From a virus, in IMG/VR virus record IMGVR_UViG_3300047089_000307, positions 64,001-128,000 of that record: 64,000 nucleotides of DNA; one strand, written 5' to 3'. The notes beneath the pieces are model-generated. The model worked only from the letters and a program-made list of their open reading frames with translations. It searched no databases and was not told the origin of the DNA. Each line of letters opens with the position of its first letter. The first letter of the stretch is position 1. The position numbers and the translations under genes are program-made. This document shows, piece after piece, positions 1 to 9,732 of the stretch.

Positions 1-2180
1 ATGCCCAGGGCGGCGGCGGAGCTGCCGTAGGCCCGGATCAGCGGCTGAAGCCGGGACTGCTCGGTATCGCGCTGGCCCTGGAGGGTCGTCAGCGCCGCCT
101 GGAGGTCCTTCACCTTGGCCGTCTGCTCGGCTATGGCGTCCCGGGCGCCCAGCACGGTCGGGACGTAGTTCTTCCCGGAGGCGACGTACTGGGTGGTCTG
201 GCTGTTCACGGCGGCCTGGTCGATGGCGAGCTGCTTCTGGGCCGCGGACAGGTCCACGGCTGCGGCGGCTGCCGCGCGGGCGTTCGCCGCCAGGGACTGG
301 GTGATGGGGGCGGCGTCCGCCAGGGCGACGATGTCAGAGGCGAGGTTCCTCGTGGCGCTGGAGCTGTGGTTCAGCCAGAGGACCAGGGCGGTCAGCCCGG
401 CTATCGCCAGCCCGACCCAGGCCACGGGCGAGACCCGGGACAGCAGGGCGCCGGCCGCCGCGGCAATTCCCTCGGCGGCGGCCATCCGCTGGAACATCAC
501 GGCCGCGAAGGCTGCCCGCGCCCCCGCGTTGACCAGGGCGCCGGTCAGCGGGACGAGGACCCTGGCGTACAGGGCCGTTCCCAGCGTGACCGCCAGGCCG
601 ATGTAGATGAACGCCCCGTGGATGGCCAGGCCCCAGCGCAGCACCGGCTCGATCATCGCGGTGAAGTTCTCCAGCAGCCGGGTGACGACCACGCCGAAGG
701 CCAGCAGCTTCTGGGCGTAGTCCGGCACCACGTTCAGGATGTTGCCGATGGCGCCGAACACGTTGCCGAAGGAGTTGCCGAGGCCGAGCAGGCTGTCGGA
801 GGCGTTCTTGGTGAAGACGTCAAAGGCTTTGCCGTTTGACAGCGCCACGGTGATCCGGGCGGCCAGGTAGTCAACGACCGGCCCCGTCTTCGCCACGATC
901 TTCTGGAAGTCATTGGTGCGGCTGCTCATGACCGTCAGGGCGTCGCCGAAGATCTGGTACACCTGGGGCCGGACGGCGTTGTGCAGCTTCTCCATGGTGC
1001 CGGTCAGCGGGAACATGGACTGGTTGGTGGCGTCTGCCGCGGTGTGCAGCGCCTGCATGCGGATGAAGATCTCCTTCGCCGCATCGGAGCCGGCGATGCC
1101 GAACGCGGTGGCTGCGATGGCAGCGCCGCCCCAGACGGCGATCAGCTCGACCAGGATGTCGGCGGCCAGGTGCATGACGGTGACGTGCGTGGCCCAGGCG
1201 GGCAGGATTCCCTGGAGCAGGCCGCCGAACAGGGTGACCTTCGCGCCCAGCACGGCGAAGATGCCGCCGAGCCAGCCTCCGGTGACGCCGAAGGCCCGCA
1301 TGCCGTTGTTTCCCTGGACGATCAGCGGCGGCACCTTGCCCAGGGCGATGCCGAGCAGGTTCTGGGCCACGGTGACCTGCGTCGTGGCCGCCGCTGCGCT
1401 GGCCGCCGCCGCCGCGGCCTTCTGGAAGGCGCCCTCCAGGCCGAGCAGCGCCGAGTTTGCGGCGGCCAGGCCCGCCACGTCCACGTTCATCCGGATGTCA
1501 TGCGCCTGCGCGGTCAGGGCATCGATCTCTGCCCTGACCTGCGTGATGGCCGCGGTGACGGCGGAGGTGTCCGCCAGGACCCGGGCCGTCACCGGATGAG
1601 ACTTCAGTACCCGCAGCTTTGCCTCGACGGCGTCGAGCTTGGTCAGCGTGGCCGCCAGCTGCACGTCATCGATCACGCCGCCGAGGTTGATGATCTTGTC
1701 GAAGCCATTCAGGGTCTTCTCCAGGTTCTTCGCCTGAAGCTCCAGGGCCGCGATCTGGGCGATGGCCTGCTTGGTGTCCGCGTCGATCTGCAAGTGCGAG
1801 GACTTCTGCACCAGGGCGGCCAGCTTCGCCCGGAGGGCGGCGACCTGCGCGTCAATCCTGGTGGTGTCCGCGCTCAGCGTGAGGCCGGTGACCGTCTTGG
1901 CCAGGGCGAGCAGCCTGGCCTGCAACCCGCTGATGACGGCCTGGGCCTGCTTGTCGTCAGCCCCGATGGGGATCGTGACGAGCTGCCTGGACAGCGCGTC
2001 CATCCGGGTTTTCATGTTCGCGACCGAGGCCGCCAGCCCGCCGGAGTCCGCGGTGAACTTGACGCTGACCTCAGGCTTGATCCCGGCCAGCGCCGCCTTG
2101 ATCTGAGCGTCCAGCTTCACGCGGAAGCCGGTGGCATCGGGGCCCACCGTTACGAAGGCATCCCCTAGCTGGCGGGCCAT
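1..2180 (-). CDS. Tape measure protein (N-terminal part; runs off the window start)
   Basis: Manual translation from ATG at 2180: MARQLGDAFVTVGPDATGFRVKLDAQIKAALAG..., an Ala/Leu-rich helical sequence with no stop seen through to base 1; lies downstream of the tail tube and chaperone genes. Missing from the ORF track because the 3' end is open. Confidence 0.9.
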   Translation of the reverse strand, partial: MARQLGDAFVTVGPDATGFRVKLDAQIKAALAGIKPEVSVKFTADSGGLAASVANMKTRMDALSRQLVTIPIGADDKQAQAVISGLQARLLALAKTVTGLTLSADTTRIDAQVAALRAKLAALVQKSSHLQIDADTKQAIAQIAALELQAKNLEKTLNGFDKIINLGGVIDDVQLAATLTKLDAVEAKLRVLKSHPVTARVLADTSAVTAAITQVRAEIDALTAQAHDIRMNVDVAGLAAANSALLGLEGAFQKAAAAAASAAAATTQVTVAQNLLGIALGKVPPLIVQGNNGMRAFGVTGGWLGGIFAVLGAKVTLFGGLLQGILPAWATHVTVMHLAADILVELIAVWGGAAIAATAFGIAGSDAAKEIFIRMQALHTAADATNQSMFPLTGTMEKLHNAVRPQVYQIFGDALTVMSSRTNDFQKIVAKTGPVVDYLAARITVALSNGKAFDVFTKNASDSLLGLGNSFGNVFGAIGNILNVVPDYAQKLLAFGVVVTRLLENFTAMIEPVLRWGLAIHGAFIYIGLAVTLGTALYARVLVPLTGALVNAGARAAFAAVMFQRMAAAEGIAAAAGALLSRVSPVAWVGLAIAGLTALVLWLNHSSSATRNLASDIVALADAAPITQSLAANARAAAAAAVDLSAAQKQLAIDQAAVNSQTTQYVASGKNYVPTVLGARDAIAEQTAKVKDLQAALTTLQGQRDTEQSRLQPLIRAYGSSAAALG

Positions 2181-2181
2181 G

Positions 2182-2529
2182 TCAGAAAGTCCCCTCCAGC
2201 GACCACAGGCCGGTGGTCAGGAAAGGCTCCTTCACCCGGTCAACCCGGGGGTCCTCCAGGAAGAAGGCGGGGTCGCCGGGGGCGTTGGCGCTGGCCCAGA
2301 AGAAGCCGGCGGACGTGTGCCCGCGGGCCGTGTGGATGGCCGCCTTGGTGAACCCGGGCGGGCGGGCGTTGCTGCGCGAGCTCCAGGCCGGCGTGGCGCG
2401 CACGGGCACGACGGCGCGGGCGACGATCGCGGCCTGGCCGGCCAGGTCCTGGATGAACAGGCCGACCGGGCCGTCTTCGTCGTTCACGTACGCGTGGATG
2501 GCGGCATCATCAAGACGGACGTCGCTCAC
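2182..2529 (-). CDS. HK97-gp10-like tail/neck component
   Basis: Pattern ARAVVPVR...G.TKAAI...A.FLE...EPFL; GTG start overlaps the upstream stop (GTGA). Confidence 0.6.
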   Translation of the reverse strand: MSDVRLDDAAIHAYVNDEDGPVGLFIQDLAGQAAIVARAVVPVRATPAWSSRSNARPPGFTKAAIHTARGHTSAGFFWASANAPGDPAFFLEDPRVDRVKEPFLTTGLWSLEGTF

Positions 2530-2870
2530 TGCTTCATCCACTCCCCCGGGATCTCCTCGTCCCGGCTCCCCAGCGGGGCCGCAACGGGGGCGTCGGGATC
2601 ATCGAAGGCCATGCCCTGGGCTTCCTGCCAGGCGCGCAGCGCGGCCAGCGCGCTAGCCTCCGGGCTGACTCGCATGCCGATGTCCTCCTCGAACTTCTCC
2701 AGCGCCGCCGCGTCCATCCCCGCCGCGAGAGTGACGAAGGCGACGTTGAGCAGCTGGCGCGGGGTCAGCGCCTCGATCCCCTTCCCCGTGCCGTTCTTGA
2801 GGAGCTCCCCGTCGAGGCGCGCCGCGTTCGCCGCTGACCAGGCGAGGAGCCAGCGGGCGGCGGCGTAGGG
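2526..2870 (-). CDS. Tail assembly chaperone, frameshifted C-terminal extension (gpGT-like)
   Basis: Open -1 frame PYAAARWLLAWSAANAARLDGELLKNG...LTPRQLLNVAF...EWMKQ, beginning at GGC CGC CCT ACG of the upstream chaperone gene. Confidence 0.6.
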   Translation of the reverse strand, partial: PYAAARWLLAWSAANAARLDGELLKNGTGKGIEALTPRQLLNVAFVTLAAGMDAAALEKFEEDIGMRVSPEASALAALRAWQEAQGMAFDDPDAPVAAPLGSRDEEIPGEWMKQ

Positions 2871-3466
2871 CGGCCGGATACCAGCTCCAGGACCTTGGCC
2901 ACGACGTCGAGCAGGGCCTCCGCGTCGGCCTTGGTGATCATGGCGTGCTCTTCGAAGGCGTTCCAGTCACCGCGGACGTAGGACGCGCAGGACCGGTCGT
3001 TGCCGGCCTCGCAGTCCGCGCACTCCCCGCAGCCAGGCTCGCCCGCGTAGATGCAGTCCCGCAGCAGCGAGTACATGGCCGACATTGCCCGCGGGTCGCT
3101 GGTGTCCACGTCGGCGGCCGAGGAGAACTTCAGCAGCGGCATGAGCCCGATCCGGTCCGCGATCCGGAACGACTTGCCGAGCAGCTCGACCTGGTCACCC
3201 GCGTCGGCGACGACGCCGGCCTTGACCTCGTCCTGGCTGGCGTCCCGGTTCGCCTGCCGGGCCGCCGTGCCCTGGATGACGGCCAGGTCGCGGTCCGTCT
3301 TCGCCGGGATGTCCGGGCCGGTGCCGTCCTCGTCACGGTCGTCCGGCTCATACCGGGGGATGACCTCCCGGGTCGCCCTGGCCCTGGCCGCGGCGCGCGG
3401 CGGCGGGAGGGGGGCAGCCGGGGCGTCGTCCCAGTCGATCGTGTAGTCAGCCTCTGCGTCCGGCAT
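2765..3466 (-). CDS. Tail assembly chaperone (gpG-like)
   Basis: Lies between tail tube and tape measure genes; ends in GRPT followed by a Ser/Arg-rich tail, typical of frameshifting chaperones. Confidence 0.7.
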   Translation of the reverse strand: MPDAEADYTIDWDDAPAAPLPPPRAAARARATREVIPRYEPDDRDEDGTGPDIPAKTDRDLAVIQGTAARQANRDASQDEVKAGVVADAGDQVELLGKSFRIADRIGLMPLLKFSSAADVDTSDPRAMSAMYSLLRDCIYAGEPGCGECADCEAGNDRSCASYVRGDWNAFEEHAMITKADAEALLDVVAKVLELVSGRPTPPPAGSSPGQRRTRRASTGSSSRTARGRGSRR

Positions 3467-3469
3467 CGC

Positions 3470-3805
3470 TCACGCCTCCCCGAGCTGCGCGGTCAGGCGG
3501 GCGATCTGCTCGCGGGCCCAGGTCTCGCCGTCACGCGTCTCGTTCTCGGTCGCCGCCAGGACCCGGTCCTCCAGGTCCGGCGCGTCGTTGCCCTGGTGGT
3601 GGCGCATTGCGTTCACGATCGTGCCGACCAGGTTGTAGCGCTTGGTCCGGTGCGTGAACAGGGTCATGTAGAGCAGGCGGCGCGTCTCGTCCAGGTCCTC
3701 GGCATTCGAGGGCCGGGCGGAGCGGGTGCCGTCCTGGGCGACGTCCTGGTCGCGTGCCGTGAGGTTGTCCTGCATTTCCCGGACTGCCTCGTCTTCCGTA
3801 GCCAT
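3470..3805 (-). CDS. Hypothetical protein in tail operon
   Basis: 111 aa ORF co-oriented with and tightly packed against the tail genes. Confidence 0.6.
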   Translation of the reverse strand: MATEDEAVREMQDNLTARDQDVAQDGTRSARPSNAEDLDETRRLLYMTLFTHRTKRYNLVGTIVNAMRHHQGNDAPDLEDRVLAATENETRDGETWAREQIARLTAQLGEA

Positions 3806-3928
3806 TCGTTCCGTCCCGTATCAGGTAGAAGGGCGCATACTCTTGAAGACCGGGTTGTGGTGACCCTGGGCGGAAGGCGCGCGTGCGGCAGGGTGACCTC
3901 GCACGCGCGCCTTTCCCGTGCCCGGGGA

Positions 3929-4363
3929 TTAGGTGCCGGCGATGCCCGTGGTCGGGTACCGGGAGATCCTGGTCGCGGCATTCCAGGTGGACTTCAGCGA
4001 CACGGCCGCGGTCACGCCGCCGGCGAGAGAGTAGTCCGGGAGGATCTGGCCGAAGAAATACTGGCCAGGGGCCGCGCCCTGCACGCCCAGCGTGCTCGGG
4101 TACAGGTAGAAGTTGCGCGGCAGGCCGTCCGTGGCGGCAACGTACGTCTGCGCCGTGGCCGTGTCATAGAAACCGCTGAAGTCGCCGGAGGCGTCAGGCA
4201 GGCCAGCCACCCAGATCAGGTTCTGGTCGCCCATGGTGGTGACGTCGACCTTGTTGACGACGAAGTTGATCGACCAGTCCGACAGGAAGGCCATCGGGGC
4301 GGCCAGGTCGGCCGGGTTCACGCCGATGTAGGCGATCCCGTTGCGACCATGGATACGACTCAC
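3929..4363 (-). CDS. Major tail (tube) protein
   Basis: MSRIHGRNG.AY...DWSINF...VDVTTMGD...VAGLPDASGDFSGFYD tail-tube pattern; GAGGAG RBS; position in the tail operon. Confidence 0.8.
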   Translation of the reverse strand: MSRIHGRNGIAYIGVNPADLAAPMAFLSDWSINFVVNKVDVTTMGDQNLIWVAGLPDASGDFSGFYDTATAQTYVAATDGLPRNFYLYPSTLGVQGAAPGQYFFGQILPDYSLAGGVTAAVSLKSTWNAATRISRYPTTGIAGT

Positions 4364-4456
4364 AGTAGCTGACTCCTCACGAACTGTGTGGGGAGCCGGC
4401 TCCGGGCATGGCCGCGGCTTTATGCTGGCAGCAGCGTATACCAGCTAGTTTGGTAA

Positions 4457-4753
4457 GTGTCGCATGAGGAGCGATGGCTCCCTGTTCCGGGATACCAGGG
4501 CTGGTACGAGGTCAGCGACCTGGGGAACGTCTACGCGATGGCGCGGCCTTTCACGCGCGGTGGCTTGCTGAGGGCGCAGCTGAATTCCGCGGGATACCGC
4601 ACCGTGCGGCTGAGCAAGTACGGCCGCGTCCGGACGGTTACCGTAGGGCGGCTGGTGCTGGCGGCATTCCGCGGGCCAGGAGGGGAAATGCGCGCCCGGC
4701 ACGGCCCGGGGGGCAGGCAGGATGACTCGCTGGGGAACCTGGAATGGGGATAA
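4457..4753 (+). CDS. NUMOD4-HNH homing endonuclease-like protein, short and possibly degenerate
   Basis: WLPVPGYQGWYEVSDLGNV (NUMOD4) followed by RLVLAAF.GP...RH...D.SLGNLEWG, then an immediate stop. Confidence 0.75.
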   Translation: MSHEERWLPVPGYQGWYEVSDLGNVYAMARPFTRGGLLRAQLNSAGYRTVRLSKYGRVRTVTVGRLVLAAFRGPGGEMRARHGPGGRQDDSLGNLEWG

Positions 4754-4954
4754 GACCGGGTGATACGCTAATCCGCATGAGAGAGCAGCCTGCAAGCGGT
4801 TACCGGCGAGCGCTGTCCTGGCACTGCGACCCGCCGCCACGGGGCACGCCCTTCGTGGTGGTCGCCGAGGGCTGGACGATCGCCGGCGGCATGGAGATCC
4901 GGGACATTCATGCGATTGAGGCCCTGTACCCAGAGGAACCGGACGAAGGACAAT

Positions 4955-4992
4955 AAAAAAGGCCCCGCCTCGTGAAGAGGCGGGGCCTTTTT
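4955..4992. terminator. Bidirectional intrinsic terminator
   Basis: AAAAAAGGCCCCGCCTC-loop-GAGGCGGGGCCTTTTT between convergent ORFs. Confidence 0.85.
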
Positions 4993-5512
4993 ACTTTCCT
5001 TTCCTCAGGAGGCTGCCTTGCCCGCCGCTTCCTGCGCTTCCGGCGGGATCGCCAGGCTGTAGCAACTGGCGAAGTAGAACGTCACGGGACCGCTGAGCGG
5101 CCGGTGCAGCTCGATCGTCGGCGGCGGGACAAGCCCGTCAGGGTGCTGGACGTTCAGCCACGCCTTGCCGTCCTGCGTAACGTACGTCGTTACCGGCTGG
5201 CTCACGGGGCTCACCATGAATTAACCTGAGTGTTGCCGTTGCCGAACTGGACACCGCGCGCCCCGGTACCGGCGTCCGCCTCCGGCGCCTTAGCGCACCT
5301 CGTAACGGAGATGGCCCCGTCCGCGCTGACAGTGATCGTTTGATCACTGCCCAGGTGCGCGCCGCCCGCGTTCACGGTAATTTTCTTGCCGCCGGCCATG
5401 GTGACCGTGACCGACTGCGGGACTTCCGCTTCCGGGCCGACCGTGAAAACCCTGGCGTCTCCTCCCGTGGTGATAGTGACGCTCTCGATCCGGGCGTCCT
5501 GCTGGCCAGTCA

Positions 5513-6445
5513 TCACTTGCCCGCCGGGATCGTGTTCGGCGCGCCAACGTAGATCGTGCACGTCTTGCACTGGTCCGCCAGGTCTTGCAGGCCCAGGAAG
5601 TACTGCGCGTACGGCCCGTACAGCTTCTGGGCTGCGGCCAGCCGGGCGGCGTTGACGCTCAGCGCCTGCTCCGCCGCGATCTGCTGGTTGTACAGCTGCT
5701 GGACGGCCGGGTCGGTCGGCGTCACGTTGTCGACGGTCACTAGCATCGGGACGCAGTTCGTCACCGTGCTGGCATCGCCGCAGAAGTAGGGAGCCTTTGT
5801 CCCTGCTGCCACGTCTAGCTCAGCATTCAGGTCTTGCGCGATCTTCGCGCCCAGTGCCGGCCAGGAAACCGGGTCGGTCCACAGTGACGGCCCGAACTGG
5901 CCGATGACGTCATTGGTGGCCCGGTCAACGGCCGGCCCCATGTTCTCGGCCAGCATGGCGTTCCAGCCGGGAGTGGAGGAGTGCGGGTTCAGCGCCACGC
6001 TGGCGTCCGTCTGGTCCGAGCTCTCCGCGCAGCCGTACTTGAGGCAGAACGCGAGGAAGGCCGGCATCACCTTGTCTACCTGGGTAGGCGTAAAGTACAC
6101 CGAGGTCCAGACGTGCACGGGCATGCCAGGAGTGCCGTCCTTTCCGGCGCCTGTCCGTACCGACATCGGGTTGTTACGGTCGCCGCCGGACGGTGAGGTC
6201 CGGTAGTTCCGGGCGTCGCACGGGTAGTACCAGGCCGTGTTGTCGTTGCCGATATTCACGTACTGCCCCGGGTGCGCGATGGCCACCACGTTCTGCGTCC
6301 CGCTGGCGTAGCCGTGACCGGTGACGATCGCGCACTGGGAGATGGCGGGCTGGGCGTGCGTGCACGATGCCAGCGCCGCCAGGCCGGCCGCTACGGCCGT
6401 TGCGCTCACCAGGATCGTCCCGGCAAGCCTCCTGCTGATCCTCAA
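5513..6445 (-). CDS. SPFH/Band-7-like membrane lipoprotein
   Basis: Signal/lipobox-like N-terminus (LAALASC); WNAMLAENMGPAVDRA segment; C-terminal short coiled coil. Confidence 0.5.
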   Translation of the reverse strand: MRISRRLAGTILVSATAVAAGLAALASCTHAQPAISQCAIVTGHGYASGTQNVVAIAHPGQYVNIGNDNTAWYYPCDARNYRTSPSGGDRNNPMSVRTGAGKDGTPGMPVHVWTSVYFTPTQVDKVMPAFLAFCLKYGCAESSDQTDASVALNPHSSTPGWNAMLAENMGPAVDRATNDVIGQFGPSLWTDPVSWPALGAKIAQDLNAELDVAAGTKAPYFCGDASTVTNCVPMLVTVDNVTPTDPAVQQLYNQQIAAEQALSVNAARLAAAQKLYGPYAQYFLGLQDLADQCKTCTIYVGAPNTIPAGK

Positions 6446-6958
6446 CTGATTTCCCTTTCTTGCAGTAGCCTGCCGAGCGCCTCATACGCGGGCAGGGCCA
6501 GCTCCCTGGTGCTTCCTGATGCCAGGGAGTCACTGATTGCCGTGGCGAGCGCGTCCTGCGCCAGCTTCAGGGAACGGCGCTGCGCATGGACGGCGCACCG
6601 TTCCCGCTGGTAGCCGCGGATCTTCCGGGTCGCCCAGAAGCCGAGGGCCCCCATCCACACGGTCGCGACCAGCAGCGACGGCAGCGTCACGCTGACAAAG
6701 AACCGGATCATTGCGTTCCCAGGTAGCCCTCGATCACGGCCAGCTCCCGGCGGAGATCCAGGGCCAGCACGCGGGCACGGGCCTGGTCGGCGGCCAGTTC
6801 CCCTTCCGTCTTGCGACCGTAGCCGCTCAGCTTCACGTCCGCCCACCGCCATCTCCCGGGCGGGCAGGGCACGCTGAGGTCATCTGCCGCCCTGATCCGG
6901 TTCCGCAGCGACCAGCAGTGATCGCGCAGGACCTTCCGCGCCTCCTCCGGCAGGGTCG

Positions 6959-7831
6959 TCAGCCCCATGCGGCGCACCCGCCATCGCATTCATTGCACCC
7001 GGCCACGGCCACGGCCACCGGGTGGGCTGCCGCGTTCACGAGCGGGAACTCGAATATGCGCCGGGAATCGATGTCGGCGGAGCAGCTGACCTCGCCGTCC
7101 TGGGCGCAGCCGGCGTTCACGAGCACCCGTCCGCCGTTCTCCCAGCAGTCCTGGTCGTTGACGCCGTCCTCGCAGCCGGCCGCGCGCACGCGCTGCTCCG
7201 TGCACTCGCTGAGGGCCGCGTCGTCGGCTTCCTCGCAGCCAGCCGCGCGGACGGCCCGGCCATTGCCGCTCTCCCAGCAGTCGCCGCGATCGTCGGCGTT
7301 GTCACAGCCCGCGCTCACGACCCGGGCACGGGCCGCCCGCTTGTTATCGTCTTCGGCCCAGCAGACGTAGTCGTCGCAGCCGGCCCCGGTCAGCCACGGC
7401 TCGCTCTCGCTGACGCTCACCCGGGTCACGGCGGGCTGCGAGAGTGCCTGCATGCGGTCCCACGCCTGCTCGCCCTCCGGGACGTGCGCGTGGAAGGGGG
7501 CGGTCCAGCGCTCTGCATCCGGGTCCCACGTCCGCAGGAACTCCCGGTCCTCGTGCCCGGTGAGCTCGTGCCGGATGAATCCCAGCAGCCGGAACAGCAG
7601 CGCTTCCGTGCTCTCGTAGTCGCTGGCGCTCACCCGGATGAGGGCGCGCTCGGTGAGCGGGACGCGGTACTCCCCGCCCCGGGTGATGAAGCTGGAGTCG
7701 ACGGTCTCGATCTCGATGCCCACGTGCACCCGGTCGCCGTCACCCGGCGCCGGCGCGGCGCTGATCCTCCATCCCGGGCGGAAGATCGTCCTGCGCAGGA
7801 CGCCGACCGCCTCGTGCTGGCTAATGCTCAT
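6959..7831 (-). CDS. Hypothetical protein with C-terminal Cys/Asp-rich repeats
   Basis: N-domain PGWRI...HEDREFLR...PFHAH, followed by repeated AGC-x(n)-C(W) units. Confidence 0.6.
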   Translation of the reverse strand: MSISQHEAVGVLRRTIFRPGWRISAAPAPGDGDRVHVGIEIETVDSSFITRGGEYRVPLTERALIRVSASDYESTEALLFRLLGFIRHELTGHEDREFLRTWDPDAERWTAPFHAHVPEGEQAWDRMQALSQPAVTRVSVSESEPWLTGAGCDDYVCWAEDDNKRAARARVVSAGCDNADDRGDCWESGNGRAVRAAGCEEADDAALSECTEQRVRAAGCEDGVNDQDCWENGGRVLVNAGCAQDGEVSCSADIDSRRIFEFPLVNAAAHPVAVAVAGCNECDGGCAAWG

Positions 7832-8603
7832 TCCTTGTCATCCTTCCTTGACGATGACCTGCTTGGCCGCGCGCTCGCTCATTACCAGGTCACCGTGCAG
7901 TCGGGCTGGTAGCAGACGTGCGACCCGGGATGGCTCGCGCCCTTCTTGCCGCGCTCGCCCATGACGATGAGATCGCAGCGGTGCGTGAGGTGCGGCTGGC
8001 CGCCGGTTTCCTCGTGCGTTGAGCCGCACTTCTTGTTCCCGGCGTCGCGGCCCTGGTAGGCGCCCAGCCCGGCAAGGCACCCGATCGCGTGCTTCTTGAT
8101 CGTGCCCCCGCACTGGTCACAGGGTGCTGCCATTTTCCTGCCTTTCCAGGCTCATGTTCGACATGCTGAGGACATGGAACCCGGCCCTCTCCCGGCCCTT
8201 TCCGTGGCCCTGCTCCCGCATGGCTGCATAGAACCTCGTGAGCGCGTTGGGAACTGACGTGGCCTGGATGGTCATGTGGCTTAGCACGGTGGGATCATCT
8301 CCGGCCAGGTGCAGCCAGGTAACACGGAACTCATGCTGGGGCATCTTCGGGTTCACTGTCTCCCCTTACCTGCCACGGGCCGCCTTCCGTCTCCGGAGGG
8401 CGGCCCGGCTGGATCAGCTGTCGGCGGCGTCGTCCCAGTCGCCGGGCCCGGTGCCCTCAGCGTCCTCCAGGCTGGCGATCATCCGGCGGAAGGCCAGGAT
8501 CGCCGACAGCGCGGCAGCCCCGGCAGAGGCCAGGATGAGCCCGAGTTCGATCTTCCTCATTTTCTTTCCCTTTTCTCTTTCTTTTGCGGTGGATGGCAGT
8601 GAG

Positions 8604-8696
8604 CGGAAAGGAGCGGACTCGAACCGCTTGCCCGGGGATATTCATCCCGGTATGCGCCTGCGCCTTTCCTGGGCGTCCCCGCCGTATCACCCTTCC
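8604..8696 (-). tRNA. tRNA-like element or pseudo-tRNA, anticodon unassignable
   Basis: Acceptor stem GGAAGGG/CCTTTCC, perfect T-arm AGCGG-TTCGAGT-CCGCT and a long variable-arm-like hairpin; D and anticodon arms are non-canonical. Confidence 0.5.
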
Positions 8697-9090
8697 GTGC
8701 GCCCGTCGATGAAATGCCTCCTGTGCGCACCCGAGGCAGGGATGCTGTTGTAACCGGGGAGAAAGGTTAAGCCCCAGCCGGCGGGGAGCCTGCCTCCAGT
8801 TCTACCCTGCCGGAGTCCGGTGGGCCGCCTCGCTCAGCAGGGGGAGCCTCCCAGGCTTCGACCGCGCGCACGGCGATCTCCAGTCCCTCGGCTATGCCCA
8901 GCTCCCGGTTCCTGGCCTTGATCGTCCGGGCGCCCAGGGCCGTCTCGCGGTGCCCGGCGGCCAGGTTGCCCAGGTGCGTGCAGAAGCCGGCCTTGTCCGC
9001 GATGATTACCTGCTTCACGTGCCCTTCCTCTCCCGCCCCGCCGGCCGGGTCACTCCGGTCAGCGGGGCGGAGCCTTTGGTTACGGCGTGC

Positions 9091-9537
9091 TCACCCGTAA
9101 TCCTTGTAGTCCACCGGGCCCTCGGGGGTCCAGAACCGGAACGTCCCGTGGTGCGGGCCGGCCAGCACGATCGTCGCGAGCTTGCCCGTCACCTGCGTGA
9201 TGGTGTGCGCCTGGCTGCGGCGCAGCAGGTACGGCCGCCACGGACGGTGGTGGCGGGTGACCGGCGGCCGGGACATGTCGCGAGTGTCCCAGACCTTCTC
9301 CGTGTACCCGCCGCTGACCGCGACGGAAATAAAGGACCGCGCGTGGTCGTGCGGGTCACGCCCGCTGTCCGGTCCGAAGATCCGCGTTACCAGCAGGGTG
9401 AGCGCCGGGACGGTGAGCAGCCGCCAGCGGTCGATGAACACGTCATCGCCGACGCTCACCTGGTAGTGCCGGACGCCTGCCCAGCGCGGGGTGCGCGGGG
9501 CGGTCGCGGTCGTGCGGTCTGGCGCTTCAGTGCTCAA
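9091..9537 (-). CDS. Cupin-like phage protein
   Basis: PHDH.RSFIS...SGGYTE and a later H motif. Confidence 0.5.
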   Translation of the reverse strand: MSTEAPDRTTATAPRTPRWAGVRHYQVSVGDDVFIDRWRLLTVPALTLLVTRIFGPDSGRDPHDHARSFISVAVSGGYTEKVWDTRDMSRPPVTRHHRPWRPYLLRRSQAHTITQVTGKLATIVLAGPHHGTFRFWTPEGPVDYKDYG

Positions 9538-9732
9538 GGCTCTCAGGCTCCTTCCTTTCCTCCAGGTCTTCTGCCTCAGCGGCGAGTCCTCCGTCAGTCG
9601 CGCCGGCCAGCGCGAGCGTCGCGTGGACTTGCGCCCTGGTCAGCACACGCGGCGTGATCACATGGCCGCCATGGCTGGCAGTTGCGTACTCAGCGAGCAG
9701 CCGCTCGGCTTCGCGGTAATGCCAGGCCGCGT

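Noticed and set aside
193-4372. Long plus-strand ORFs (395 aa, 475 aa and others)
   Set aside because: They are antisense shadows of the minus-strand tail genes, common in high-GC DNA.
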